64,000 bases of DNA. Origin: Spirochaetales bacterium. GTDB taxonomy: Bacteria > Spirochaetota > Spirochaetia > SZUA-6 > DRHE01. The notes under the pieces were generated by a model. That model did no database searches. It worked only from the letters and a program-made list of their open reading frames with translations, and had not been told where the DNA came from. Shown in pieces: positions 46,945 through 56,960 of this stretch; within the stretch, counting starts at the first letter, position 1, and the number at the start of each line of letters is the position of its first letter. The position numbers and the translations under genes are program-made. The DNA is taken from contig JAUWZD010000007.1 in the NCBI GenBank assembly GCA_030615505.1, forward strand, positions 4,702 to 68,701. The letters are read 5' to 3'.

Positions 46945-47736
46945 CTATTCTCCCCCTGACTTAGCATCGGATGCTGCAGTATCGGATGCTGACCGTTGTT
47001 TAAACAAATAAGCAAATATGGCGACAAGGATAGCCATCCCGGGTATTACTCCCAGCAGCCACCTCCAAAAAATCTTTTCAGTCGGCTTTCTGGGAGCCTC
47101 AGGCAACCCATATATTGAAGCCTTTTCTGGTAAGAGGTACATCACATGCTGACCACCCAACTCATCCTTTCCGTAAATGCGTGTAGAAAATCCCTGTTTC
47201 TCCAGGATATTCTGCCTCTCCCTGGCAACAGCTAACATTCCGGTTCTTGAACCGAAACTAACAGCTCCGGTTGGACAGGTTGTAGCGCAGGCCGGCTCAA
47301 GGCCATTTTTAACTCGATCCAAACACATCCAGCATTTCCTGACTGTCCCACTGGCACGGTCAAACTGCGGAATGTCGAATGGACAGACCTCAACGCAATA
47401 CTTACACCCGGTACAGATACTCTGGTTTATATAAACTATTCCATTCTCCAGTTTTTTTATTGCCCCGGTAGGACAGACCTGTTCACATGGAGCATCAACG
47501 CAGTGATGGCACTGTTGTTTACGGAATAACCACCTCGGATTTTCATCATAATCTTCCGGTTCAATAAATTGAATAAGCGTCCAGGTATTGGCAGAGAGCC
47601 TGGGAGGATTCTGGTAAGTGCCGGTAAATTTGGTCTTTTCGGCCGGACGTTGATTCCACTGCTTACAGGCTACCTGACATCCCCGGCACCCTATACATTT
47701 AGCTACGTCGATTAGCATTGAAACTTCAGTCATCAT
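46945..47736 (-). CDS. fdhB: Formate dehydrogenase Fe-S subunit (FdnH/HybA-like, 4x[4Fe-4S], C-terminal TM anchor)
   Basis: CIGCRGCQVACK, CHHCVDAPCEQVCP, CTGCKYCVEVCP, CWMCLDR...CATTCP, plus a C-terminal hydrophobic helix. Confidence 0.85.
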   Translation of the reverse strand: MMTEVSMLIDVAKCIGCRGCQVACKQWNQRPAEKTKFTGTYQNPPRLSANTWTLIQFIEPEDYDENPRWLFRKQQCHHCVDAPCEQVCPTGAIKKLENGIVYINQSICTGCKYCVEVCPFDIPQFDRASGTVRKCWMCLDRVKNGLEPACATTCPTGAVSFGSRTGMLAVARERQNILEKQGFSTRIYGKDELGGQHVMYLLPEKASIYGLPEAPRKPTEKIFWRWLLGVIPGMAILVAIFAYLFKQRSASDTAASDAKSGGE

Positions 47737-50700
47737 TTATGCCACTCCCTTCTTTTTAACATCGCACAGAAAAGCCTTGTACTCCGGAATCATTGTATTG
47801 GCATCTCCTACATGAGGAGTCAGACAGTTAGCGCTGGAACCCCTGGAAAGACCTGCATAGCCCCAGTGCCAGGGAATACCGATCTGGTGTACAACTTTTC
47901 CGTTCAGTTGGAAAGGCTTAAAACGCGAAGTAACACAGGCCACACCTTCTAATGTACCGCGAGCTGTTGTTACAATTACCCGGTTACCGTTCTTTATCCC
48001 CTTTTCAGAGGCAAGCTCACGGCTCATCTCCACAAATACATCCGGCATAAGTTCTACCAGCCAGGGCAGATTACGCGTCATAGCGCCTGCCTGCCAGTGT
48101 TCGGTTACACGGTATGTTGTGCCCACAATGGGGAAGTCGGCAGGCGTGCCTATTTCATTGCCCTCTGGTCTATCCTTGTGCCATAATTTTATAGCAGGAT
48201 TGATTGCTTCAGCATGTCCCATTGGATTTTTGTCCAGCGGGCTTTCCAGCGGTTCATAATGCTCAGGGAGGGGGCCATCGGCCCTGCCCATTCCAAAAAT
48301 CCGTGCATGCCCCTCAGGCTTCATAATGAAGGGATACCTTGCATCATCCCGCAAAGTTCCGTCTGGATTCATGAGCGGGTACCATCCTCCGTCAGGCACA
48401 TCACCGATCCACTTTTTGGTAACATACTTTCCATCCAATGCAACGCCCTCAAAGGCAATTACAGGATGCTCCTTATCCCAGGGCCTACCCTTCATGTCAA
48501 CAGATGCACGGTTATAGATAATTCTCCGATTCACCGGCCAGCACCAGGACCATTCCGCATAGAGCCCGATATTGCTCGGGTCTATTCCATTGCGCCTGGC
48601 AGCCATGTTGCCTGCTTCAGTATATGAAGCGCAGTAGAGCCAGTTGCCCGAAGAGGTGGTTCCGTCAGCATTCAGCTTACCGAAACTGGGAAGGAGCTTC
48701 CCGGTTGTAAGATCGTACCCGTTTATCTCTTTGGCTACCGCGTGCACATCCGGCTCATCAGCAGAGCCGTAATTCCACTGCATATCAAGAATCGCAGCAG
48801 AGATGGGACCGCCCTGATTTTTGTAGCGTGCACTTACAGCCTTGAAGAGCCTGTCAAGGATCCACAGGTCGGATTTAGCCTTACCGGGAGGATGGACCGC
48901 AGTGTAGCGCCACTGGCTCCAGCGTCCTGAGTTGGTTATGCTGCCTTCCTTCTCCACGGATGCAGCCGCCGGCAGCAAGAAGACCTCAGTTTTGATGGCA
49001 GCCGGGTCCACCAGGTCATTGAGATTGTCCGCCTTGGGGCGACGCCAGAAATTGGCGGTGTCGGTCTCCCAGAGATCGGCGCATACAAGCCAATCCAGCT
49101 TCTCCAGCGCTTTACGTTCCTTCTGGGCATTTGGGCCGCCTACCGCAGGATTCTGACCCATACATAGCATCCCTTTTATGGTCCCATCATACATAGCCTC
49201 AAACAACGAGATATGTGAGTAGTCCCTGTCTACCTCACGCTTGGGCAGATACCCATAAGCGAAATCATCGGCCGGCGTTGCCCTGTCTCCATACCAGGCT
49301 TTCAGAAGGCTGACAATGTATTTACGCGCATTATCCCACCAGTTGGCGCTCTTCGGGTCCTTGTTCTTTCCCTCGTAGTGGTTCTTGGAATAGGAATCTA
49401 CGGAGACATCCTCCTCATCAGGAGTCGCCAGATAACCTGGCAGGATATGAAATAATATGCAGTGGTCTGTTGAGCCCTGCACATTTGACTCACCGCGAAG
49501 CGCATTGATTCCTCCCCCGGCAACCCCCATATTGGCCAGCAGCAATTGGAGAATGGCATAGCCGCGGATGTTCTGTGTGCCGTAGGTGTGCTGTGTGGTG
49601 CCCATGGCATACATAATCGTACCGGCTTTTCCTGGACGGCCGGATTCAGCAAACGTCTTGCACACATCAAGGTAGGTATCTTCCGGAGTTCCCGTGATAC
49701 TGCAGACCGTTTTTGCATCGTATCGGGAAACATGCCTCTTGAGTAGCTGGAACACACAGTTCCGGTCCTTGAGGCTCTTATCCTTTATAGGAATGCCCTT
49801 ACCATCCAGCTGATATTTCCAGGTATCTTTGTTATACGTACGCTTATTCTTATCGTACCCGCTGAAAACACCATTCAGATCCCCAGGCAGTTTAAAAGCA
49901 GGATCGATAAGAAAGGAGGCATTGGTGTACTCATGCACATATTCCATATTATAGTTCTGCGGGTTCTTCTCCATATCGTCCAGCACATACTTTATCAGTC
50001 CGTTAATAAAGGCAATATCTGTCCCGGAACGCATTGGCGCATAGATATGCGCCTTGGAAGATGTTCGAGTAAAACGTGGGTCCACGCTGATAAGCTTTGC
50101 CCCGCGTTCGATTGCTTTTGTTACCCATTTAAATGAGATGGGATGGTTTTCTGCGGCATTACTGCCGATAATCATAATCCTGTCGGCGTTGCGTATATCA
50201 ATCCAGTGATTGGTCATAGCACCCCGCCCGAACGTCTCGGCCAAACTGGCCACAGTGGCTGAGTGTCATATTCGGGCCTGGTGTTCTATATAAACCACCC
50301 CCAGGGCGCGCATGAACTTGCTGTACAGGTAGCACTCCTCATTATCCAGGGCGGCGCCGCCAATTGCAGCTAGACTGTCGATGCGATTGACTTTACGACC
50401 GTCAGATAGTGCAGCATCACGGGTTTCTTTTATCCTGCTGGAAATCCGGTCAATCGCCCAATTCCAGGACTTCTCCTCCCAGTAAGCGCTTCCAGGCGCC
50501 CGGTACTTGACCTTTGTAAGACGAAGGTCATTGTTAGCTACCTGATACAGAGCTGAGCCCTTACTGCAAAGAGAACCCTCATTGATGGGATGGTCCGGAT
50601 CTCCTTCGATGTTGATAACCTTCCCGTTGCTAACAGAAACAATCTCACCACATCCAACAGCACAGTAAGGACATATGGTGGTTGTCTGTTTGGCATAACG

Positions 50701-50844
50701 AATTCTTAGACGTAATTCTTCAGCCTTGGCTTGAATTGCCTCCAGCTTAAATATGCCAATAGTCGCGAAAGCCGTAACTCCTGTGAGTTTTAGAAATTGT
50801 CTTCTTGTTATTTTCAATCTTTGTCTCCTCCTCTCTTGACTCAC
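47737..50844 (-). CDS. fdhA: Formate dehydrogenase catalytic subunit (molybdo/tungstopterin), Tat-exported, selenocysteine-containing: in-frame UGA at 50268..50266 joins ORFs 50266..50844 and 47737..50253
   Basis: Tat signal RRQRLKITRRQFLKLTGVTAFA. 4Fe-4S motif CPYCAVGCG. Read-through of TGA gives ...[36 protein letters not shown], the conserved Sec context of FdnG/FdhA (compare E. coli ...[26 protein letters not shown]). Confidence 0.9.
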
Positions 50845-51251
50845 TCTTCTTGGCTAAGAATCTTTTTTATATTGACCAATGATTTTCATTAAATTATATC
50901 ATACATAAAATAAATAATCAAGAATTTTTTTAAGTTGGGATCTTAAGAAGCAGATCTTTTCCATTGACCATCAATAAACAGTCTATACTAACCCCGGCAT
51001 AAATATACCGGGATGTAGATAAGCCGGAGAGGATTATTTAGATGGGATAATATTTGTATAGCAGAAATCATTCCCCTGCGAAATGAAAGCGAAGAAGAGT
51101 TTAAAGTGAAAGCAAGGGGGGATTGTAGTGGTTGGATTCTGTGCTATACTGGATGTTAGAACTGGTAAGGACTTTTACATGAACATCGCCATCACCCAAA
51201 CGGAATCAGGCGTGTCTGTATCCGATTGGGGCCTTATCGTTTGGAAGCACT

Positions 51252-52661
51252 ATGTTGAAAATGCGGGATGATAATCCTCTAACGGCAAAGATTTATAAGT
51301 TACTGTTATACTTCATTCTTCCCCTTTTATTAGCTGCCCTCATCTGTCTCTGTACCATTATTAGTAATCATCTTGACTCTATTCTCTTTAAAACACTCAT
51401 CCTGATTTCAGGCGGATTACTTGGCTTCCTCGCAGTCTATTTTTTCTTCACAAATTCTCCCTGGATAAAATCCTGTAAGCTTCAATCCAAACAGCTTCAG
51501 GCATTTTGTAAAGCAATCAAGAAAGCCGCCAGTTCTTTAGAACTTCAGGAGATTATTGATACTTTGACCAAGATAATCGTTGATGTCACCGAGGTGAGGG
51601 GATGTTCTATCAGGCTTCTGGATGCAAAAAGCGGAAAAATGGAGCTAAGAGCTATCGCAGGGATTGAGGATGATATTGGGGGTAATTTGCTGGATATAAA
51701 GGAAAATATCTATCAAAAGAGACTGCTGAATGGTGAACCGATAATCGTAAAAGACGTTTGTTTGAGAGATTTCCCTGAAATTAACGATGAAATTGAATCT
51801 CTCATCTGTGTTCCCCTGCGCCTTGAGCAACAAATTTTTGGTGCTATCTGCATTTACGGAGAAAGAGGTCAAAAGCTGTCCCAACAGATGATTTCAATTC
51901 TTTCCAGCCTGGGTAATGTAGTTTCTCTCACCATAGCTCATGCATCTGTTTATGAGGATTTAAAGAGCCTAGTAAAAACCAAAACACAGTTCATGCTCCA
52001 GGCCTCTCATGAATTAATTTCTCCTTTAAACACAATTCAATCAATTGCCAGGACCATTCTCCAGGGGTACACGGGAGAGCTCAACGAGAAGCAGAGAGAG
52101 ATGATTTCAAGGATAGATATTCGATCCCAAATACTTTCGGAAATAGTTAGTGACCTTTTGACTCTGGCCAGTGGCAGGGTCGTATCACCCACTATAAAAC
52201 TCAAGCGGGTTAATATGAATAGGATTGTGCAAGAAACTGTAAAATTCTTCGAAACTAAATCCAGGGAAAAGAATCTTGATATGGAGCTGCTGACTCTAGC
52301 CGAAGCTCCAGTTAATGGCAGCGAGGGGGGGCTGCGCTCAATAGTTACCAATCTCATCTCCAATGCGGTTAAATATACCCCTGAAGGCGGGAAGGTAACC
52401 CTCAGGCTGTTTGAGAAGCAGGGCGTTGTTGTTTTCGAAATAAGCGATACGGGAATTGGTATTCCGGAGGATGAGCAGGAGAGGCTGTTCAGTGAATTTT
52501 TCAGGGCCTCAAATGCCAGGACCCTTTCGGAGACGGGAACAGGGCTTGGTATGGCGATTGTCAAAGCAACAGTTGAACAGCACGGCGGTTCAGTGGAGTT
52601 CGAAAGTGAGCAGGGTAAAGGCACCACTTTTAGAGTTCACCTCCATAAAGCTGAAGGTTAG
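51252..52661 (+). CDS. Sensor histidine kinase with two N-terminal TM helices, GAF domain, HisKA and HATPase_c
   Basis: GAF region (VTEVRGCSIRLLD...LICVPL...GAICIY), H-box LQASHELISPLNTIQ, ATPase VFEISDTGIGIPEDEQERLFSEFFRA...GTGLGMAIVK. Confidence 0.85.
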   Translation: MLKMRDDNPLTAKIYKLLLYFILPLLLAALICLCTIISNHLDSILFKTLILISGGLLGFLAVYFFFTNSPWIKSCKLQSKQLQAFCKAIKKAASSLELQEIIDTLTKIIVDVTEVRGCSIRLLDAKSGKMELRAIAGIEDDIGGNLLDIKENIYQKRLLNGEPIIVKDVCLRDFPEINDEIESLICVPLRLEQQIFGAICIYGERGQKLSQQMISILSSLGNVVSLTIAHASVYEDLKSLVKTKTQFMLQASHELISPLNTIQSIARTILQGYTGELNEKQREMISRIDIRSQILSEIVSDLLTLASGRVVSPTIKLKRVNMNRIVQETVKFFETKSREKNLDMELLTLAEAPVNGSEGGLRSIVTNLISNAVKYTPEGGKVTLRLFEKQGVVVFEISDTGIGIPEDEQERLFSEFFRASNARTLSETGTGLGMAIVKATVEQHGGSVEFESEQGKGTTFRVHLHKAEG

Positions 52662-53040
52662 CCGAGGGGGCGGTTCATCGGAGATTACAAATAGGCCTGA
52701 TTATGCTAATCGAATGATTTTTTTCCTTTCTCGAATTATAACTTTTCCTATTAATTATAATTCTACCTCTCTATTTCCGGGGCCGTGAAAGGCCCTGGGA
52801 GGTAGGTTCAACCCTCAGCTACGTGACTGATATTCAAGGTCAGCTTTGCAAACCGTTACAAAACTAATCGCGTTCCGTATGAATGTTTGTAACTCCGGGA
52901 AATTGCCCCCAGAGCAAGCGCATCTAATTTCAGAGGAAGATCAAGGAGAAAAAATGATCATTACAAACACTTACGACGTAGCTAAGCTGGTTGGACCCAG
53001 GCTTAAGAATAAGCACAAGGAACATTTTCTGATTCCATCT

Positions 53041-53289
53041 CTACACCCATTCTTGACAAAGCGCCTCAGCCTGTTCCAGAACCGTCTGCGTGGCTTTCTC
53101 CTGTTTATCCGGCGGGTAATCGTACTTGCGAAGAATCCGTTTGACGATTACACGAATTTGAGCTCGGGCGTTTTCCCGGAGCGAAAATATCAACGACTTC
53201 ATCAGAGGCAACAGCGCGTGACACCAACGTTTCATTAAGAAAAAAATACCATATTGATATTGGTGACCGGATTGATGTGATTTCTGCAC
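53041..53289 (-). pseudogene. C-terminal remnant of a type I restriction enzyme R subunit (HsdR)
   Basis: [45 protein letters not shown] is the conserved HsdR C-terminal tail. Only ~80 codons are present. Confidence 0.65.
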
Positions 53290-53450
53290 CGGATGGTATT
53301 TTATTGAAACCTCTCCCTAAAGAAAATAGCCAAAAATCTTTGACTGAACGATTATTTGGGATCTTCAGCGGCTATGCATCCGGAAAATCAAAACCAACCA
53401 AAGCTCACATTTATAAGGCAACTGAAACAGGTTTTACTGAAGGATGGACA
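53232..53450 (+). pseudogene. AbrB/MazE-like antitoxin fragment (no clear start codon)
   Basis: Frame gives [29 protein letters not shown]..., the SpoVT/AbrB swapped-hairpin motif. Overlaps the start of the PIN fragment. Confidence 0.4.
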
Positions 53451-53629
53451 GAGTGATCGCTCTATTGGATACTAACATTCTGATTCGATTTTTAACACTT
53501 GATAAAAGCGAGAAATATAAAAATCTATATACTTTCTTTGAATCTCTGGAACGTGTCGAAATGCGGGTTGAGTTGAAGTTGATCGTTTTATTCCAGGTGA
53601 AGTATGAAAAAACTCCGTATAGTCGTTAA
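53444..53629 (+). pseudogene. PIN-domain (VapC-like) toxin N-terminal fragment (61 aa)
   Basis: MDRVIALLDTNILIRFL is the PIN N-terminal D-containing strand. The ORF terminates after 61 aa. Confidence 0.55.
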
Positions 53630-53935
53630 AACGGCTGTTTTTGACTTTTGAGAATAGCCACGTTTAAGCTCCAGATGATTCAGGTAACAGAGAATATCAT
53701 CCCGGCTTATAAGGTTGATTTTCTTCTTCTTCCCGATGAATTGTGCAAAAGCAAGGATATGGTAGTAATTTGATCTGACTGCTCCATCGCGAAGTCTTGT
53801 CTCCTGGATTAAGTGTTTTATATAGATGTGGCAAGCTTGCTTTACCTCCAGCCGATCCACGGCAGAATCGCCTTCATGTTCAATAAATCTTATTATCTTA
53901 CTGGTGTAAACCGGTAAATGCTTACTGTCGAGCAT
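53588..53935 (-). pseudogene. N-terminal (SAM-like domain) fragment of a tyrosine recombinase/integrase; catalytic domain absent
   Basis: ...RDGAVRSNYYHILAFAQFIGKK...YLNHLELKRGYSQKSKTAVLTTIRSFF resembles the XerD/phage-integrase N-terminal domain. 115 aa only. Confidence 0.55.
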
Positions 53936-54233
53936 GTTTGCGTGAATCAGAAACTTGAAGAATCTTTTTCCTCGTATAAGCTTCCCCCCTGGAGGATTCC
54001 TTCATGCAGTCCCGGATAACCTTTTCAGGTATTTGAGAGACTGCAAGATCATCAATATCGAGATTAATAATCTTAAACAAATGATTTTTTATACCCCCTA
54101 TGGAAACAACAAACGGTTGGATTTTGGCCGGGAGTGGTGTATCTGGCCCCGTGGAAATGGTGTGAGTCAGTAGCTTGTGACTTGAGGAGTCTTTCAGAAA
54201 ACGGGAAAGGGCGCGCTTCCGGAAGTCAATTGT

Positions 54234-55310
54234 CTATGAAGCCTTCTTACCCATCAAGGGTGTGAGGGATTCGGGAAACGTTGGGGCACTGATTATCCTC
54301 TTAAGTTTGGCAGAAACCGGGCACTCGTTCCCGGTTGATTTCTTCATTTCCCGGCGTACGATCTCTGCATCGACGTCGGAAAACCGTTGGGCAAGATCCC
54401 TCTTACCACTGAGAAGAATATCCATAAAATCCTTGTTTCTTAGATTCATGACCAAAGGGGTGTCCTTGAGCATTGCCTTCAGTGCTCTCTCCGTAGCTTG
54501 AAAACCATTCTTCTTGCGATAGGTTCGCATGAGGGTTCTGAAGAACTGCTCCAGTATGTCGTTGGTCCGTTGGGGTTGGATGATGATCTTCCCCACCTTT
54601 GTTTCCAAAACAATGGGATCACAGAACAACATGTCCCAGTACTTGTTGATTTGGCCGATCATCTTTTGATATGCTTTGTCCTTCATGCAGTTGTTGTCCT
54701 TGGACAGCCGGCTTTTAAACTTCGTTACCTCTTTCTCGATCGTCTTCATGTTGCACAGTTCTCCGTCGTCATTCAATTTCTTGATTCTAAAAGTGGTTTC
54801 TATGCTCGTCCTGCTCGGCTCAACTATAATCAGCATCTCATCGACACCGATGGCCGTGCCTCTCCCCATATGCTCTATTTCGGCTTCCATATCAAGAATC
54901 ACCCATTCCTGTCGCGCCACCATCAGATGGGAAAGAAGACTCTTGAGGAAAGCATTTTCAGGACAGGCGCAGCCGCCTCCGCCTTTTTTCACCGTCCCCA
55001 TGACGAGCAGTTTTATTCCCTCTTGTTCCACCCAATATTTCTCGGGTATATCATCAACTTTGGGATTTAAGGTGAAAAAGGGAGCGGGCTCGTCGACTCT
55101 TGTTCCTGTTCTTTCGGCAATCAACTCTTTCAGCTCCACGATCGGAGTTATTTTTTTCTCCCCTGGGATATTGAGAATAGTAGCCAAGTTCATATCCGGG
55201 TCGGCATCGATTACCAGGACTCTGTGCCCCGATTCGCTCAATATTCTAGCCATCAAGGCCGTAATAGTGGTCTTGCCTACCCCGCCCTTTCCCGTAACCG
55301 CTATTTTCAT
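54234..55310 (-). CDS. CooC-like MinD/ParA-family metallochaperone ATPase with ~100-aa C-terminal extension
   Basis: MKIAVTGKGGVGKTTITALMARILSESGHRVLVIDADPDMNL (deviant Walker A), GGGGCACPE (CxC motif as in CooC Ni-insertion ATPases), downstream Walker B region. 358 aa. Confidence 0.65.
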   Translation of the reverse strand: MKIAVTGKGGVGKTTITALMARILSESGHRVLVIDADPDMNLATILNIPGEKKITPIVELKELIAERTGTRVDEPAPFFTLNPKVDDIPEKYWVEQEGIKLLVMGTVKKGGGGCACPENAFLKSLLSHLMVARQEWVILDMEAEIEHMGRGTAIGVDEMLIIVEPSRTSIETTFRIKKLNDDGELCNMKTIEKEVTKFKSRLSKDNNCMKDKAYQKMIGQINKYWDMLFCDPIVLETKVGKIIIQPQRTNDILEQFFRTLMRTYRKKNGFQATERALKAMLKDTPLVMNLRNKDFMDILLSGKRDLAQRFSDVDAEIVRREMKKSTGNECPVSAKLKRIISAPTFPESLTPLMGKKAS

Positions 55311-55381
55311 ATTGCCTCGCTATCAACAATATAGCCCGGTCTGAAACAGATGCCAAACCGGTGCCGGCACCGCTCATTTCG

Positions 55382-56161
55382 TTAGACAATTATCCTGTCC
55401 TCGGCACTGTAAACGTTCATTCTATCTCCCCTGGCGAATCCCACCAGGGTTAAGCCCATCTCCCGGGCCAGGTATACGCTTCGGTTGGTAGGAGCGCTCC
55501 TGGAGATCATCAGCGGCAGCCTGAATCGCTGCATTTTGAGAAGAACTTCAGAGGATATTCTCCCACTGGTCACCAGGATTTTATCCTCGAAGTCATGATT
55601 TTCCAGGACATACCGGCCGATTACTTTGTCCACCGCATTGTGCCTGCCTATATCCTCCCTGAAAATGATAATGCCCCTGCGGTCGGCCAGGGCGGCGCTG
55701 TGCACCCCGCCTGTTTTTTTATGAATAAATGACCTTTTTTTAAAATCCGCCATCAATTTCTTGATCAGCAGGCGGTTTATCCTGAAATCGGAAAAGGATT
55801 CGGGAATACGGCCTGGCTTTTGATCGGGGCGGTCAAAAAACCTGAAAGCCCCAGCCCCGCAACTGGTGCCGATCACCCACCCTGAATCCGGTAGGTTCGG
55901 CTCATTTCCGCCGTTCAAATAGATATAGGCGATCCAGGTGGCTCGATTCAGAACGATTTTCCCGATGTCTTCCGGCTTTCGCACCAGCCCCGAGGTGAGC
56001 AGGAATCCCCTGACCAGATCTTCGAGGTCCATGGGGGAGCAGATGAGGGTGGCAATGCACTTATACCCGGCCATGAGTTTCAGGGGAACTTCCTCGGTTA
56101 GGAGATCTTCCTCGGTAGTCTTATGCGGTCCTCTTATTTTCGTGATTTTAAAGGATTCCAT
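55382..56161 (-). CDS. fdhD: Formate dehydrogenase accessory sulfurtransferase FdhD
   Basis: GTSCGAGAF, GRHNAVDKVIG, TSGRISSEVLLK, the FdhD family signatures. 259 aa. Confidence 0.85.
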   Translation of the reverse strand: MESFKITKIRGPHKTTEEDLLTEEVPLKLMAGYKCIATLICSPMDLEDLVRGFLLTSGLVRKPEDIGKIVLNRATWIAYIYLNGGNEPNLPDSGWVIGTSCGAGAFRFFDRPDQKPGRIPESFSDFRINRLLIKKLMADFKKRSFIHKKTGGVHSAALADRRGIIIFREDIGRHNAVDKVIGRYVLENHDFEDKILVTSGRISSEVLLKMQRFRLPLMISRSAPTNRSVYLAREMGLTLVGFARGDRMNVYSAEDRIIV

Positions 56162-56860
56162 TTTTACTCCCGGCTTGGAAATCTCGGTCTAAAAGAAACC
56201 TCCGGGCTCTGCTTGCAAAAGTATCTTTAAAATCCTTCGGTGTATTCAGATTGACGAAGATCTCCCTGTTTTGCTTTTTATTTTCCAATTCGAGATATTG
56301 AATATTAATGGACCGGAATAAGCCCCTGGTTGAATATTCTTGTTTTGATTTGATTAAAGACCGGATACTATCTTTCAGGCTCTTCTTGTATACGGCGTGC
56401 AGAGGCTCTATCAATTTCCCGATCCTGGGCACTAAGGCCTCGCAGTCCAGTTTTTTGAAATATTTTATCTCTTCCCGAATCAGCTCAATCTTAAGAAAGG
56501 GCATATCGCAGGCCACGAAAAAAACAGCCTCCTTGGTAGTCCGGTTTAAACCGGCGTGAATTCCTCTCAGGGTGCCCACCCCCCTCAATATGTCCGATTC
56601 CATTATGATCCCTGTGACAAAGTTTTTGAAGCTCCCCGGCGAATCGGTGATCAGAATGATCTCTTCAAATATCTCTGCAAAAAGGTCGATTGTCCTCTTG
56701 ATGATGGGAATGCCGTTCACCCGGAAGAAACACTTATTCTATCCCCCTCCATCCTGACATTTTTCCCGCCGGCCAGGATAGCCCCGGCCAGAGCATTTTC
56801 CTTGTTTTGCGGCACGGCCCATCCCGGCCGGCCGGTTGAATGCCTGTTTGTCATATACAT
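56148..56860 (-). pseudogene. mobA: Molybdenum cofactor guanylyltransferase MobA, apparently frameshifted: N-terminal 47 codons (56860..56717) in a different frame from the main body (56720..56148, GTG)
   Basis: Body NGIPIIKRTIDLFAEIFEEIILITD...VACDMPF matches MobA. The GTP-binding N-terminal motif AILAGGKNVRMEGD is encoded upstream in another frame that ends at a TGA overlapping the GTG (tccgGGTGAacgg). Confidence 0.65.
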
Positions 56861-56960
56861 GCCCTATTCTAACATCTGTTCGTTAAAAGAGGAAGATTCC
56901 TTACCGGATCAGGCTGGACCTGAAAGTGGCGCGGTGAAACCGGTAAGAAATCAATGTTGC

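Noticed and set aside
46596-48627. Plus-strand ORFs inside the nrfD-like gene and fdhA (46596..46934, 48214..48627)
   Set aside because: Antisense to strongly supported membrane-subunit and FdhA coding sequence.
50845-51251. Looked for a sigma-54 (TGGCAC-N5-TTGC) promoter or a Moco-riboswitch-like element upstream of fdhA, and for sigma-70 boxes
   Set aside because: No convincing match to the -24/-12 consensus on either strand. Only a short 5-bp hairpin (cccgg...ccggg) was seen, and a riboswitch cannot be judged by eye. No call made.
54498-55344. Plus-strand ORFs 54498..55070 and 54676..55344
   Set aside because: Antisense to the CooC-like ATPase gene, whose Walker A and CxC motifs are clear on the minus strand.
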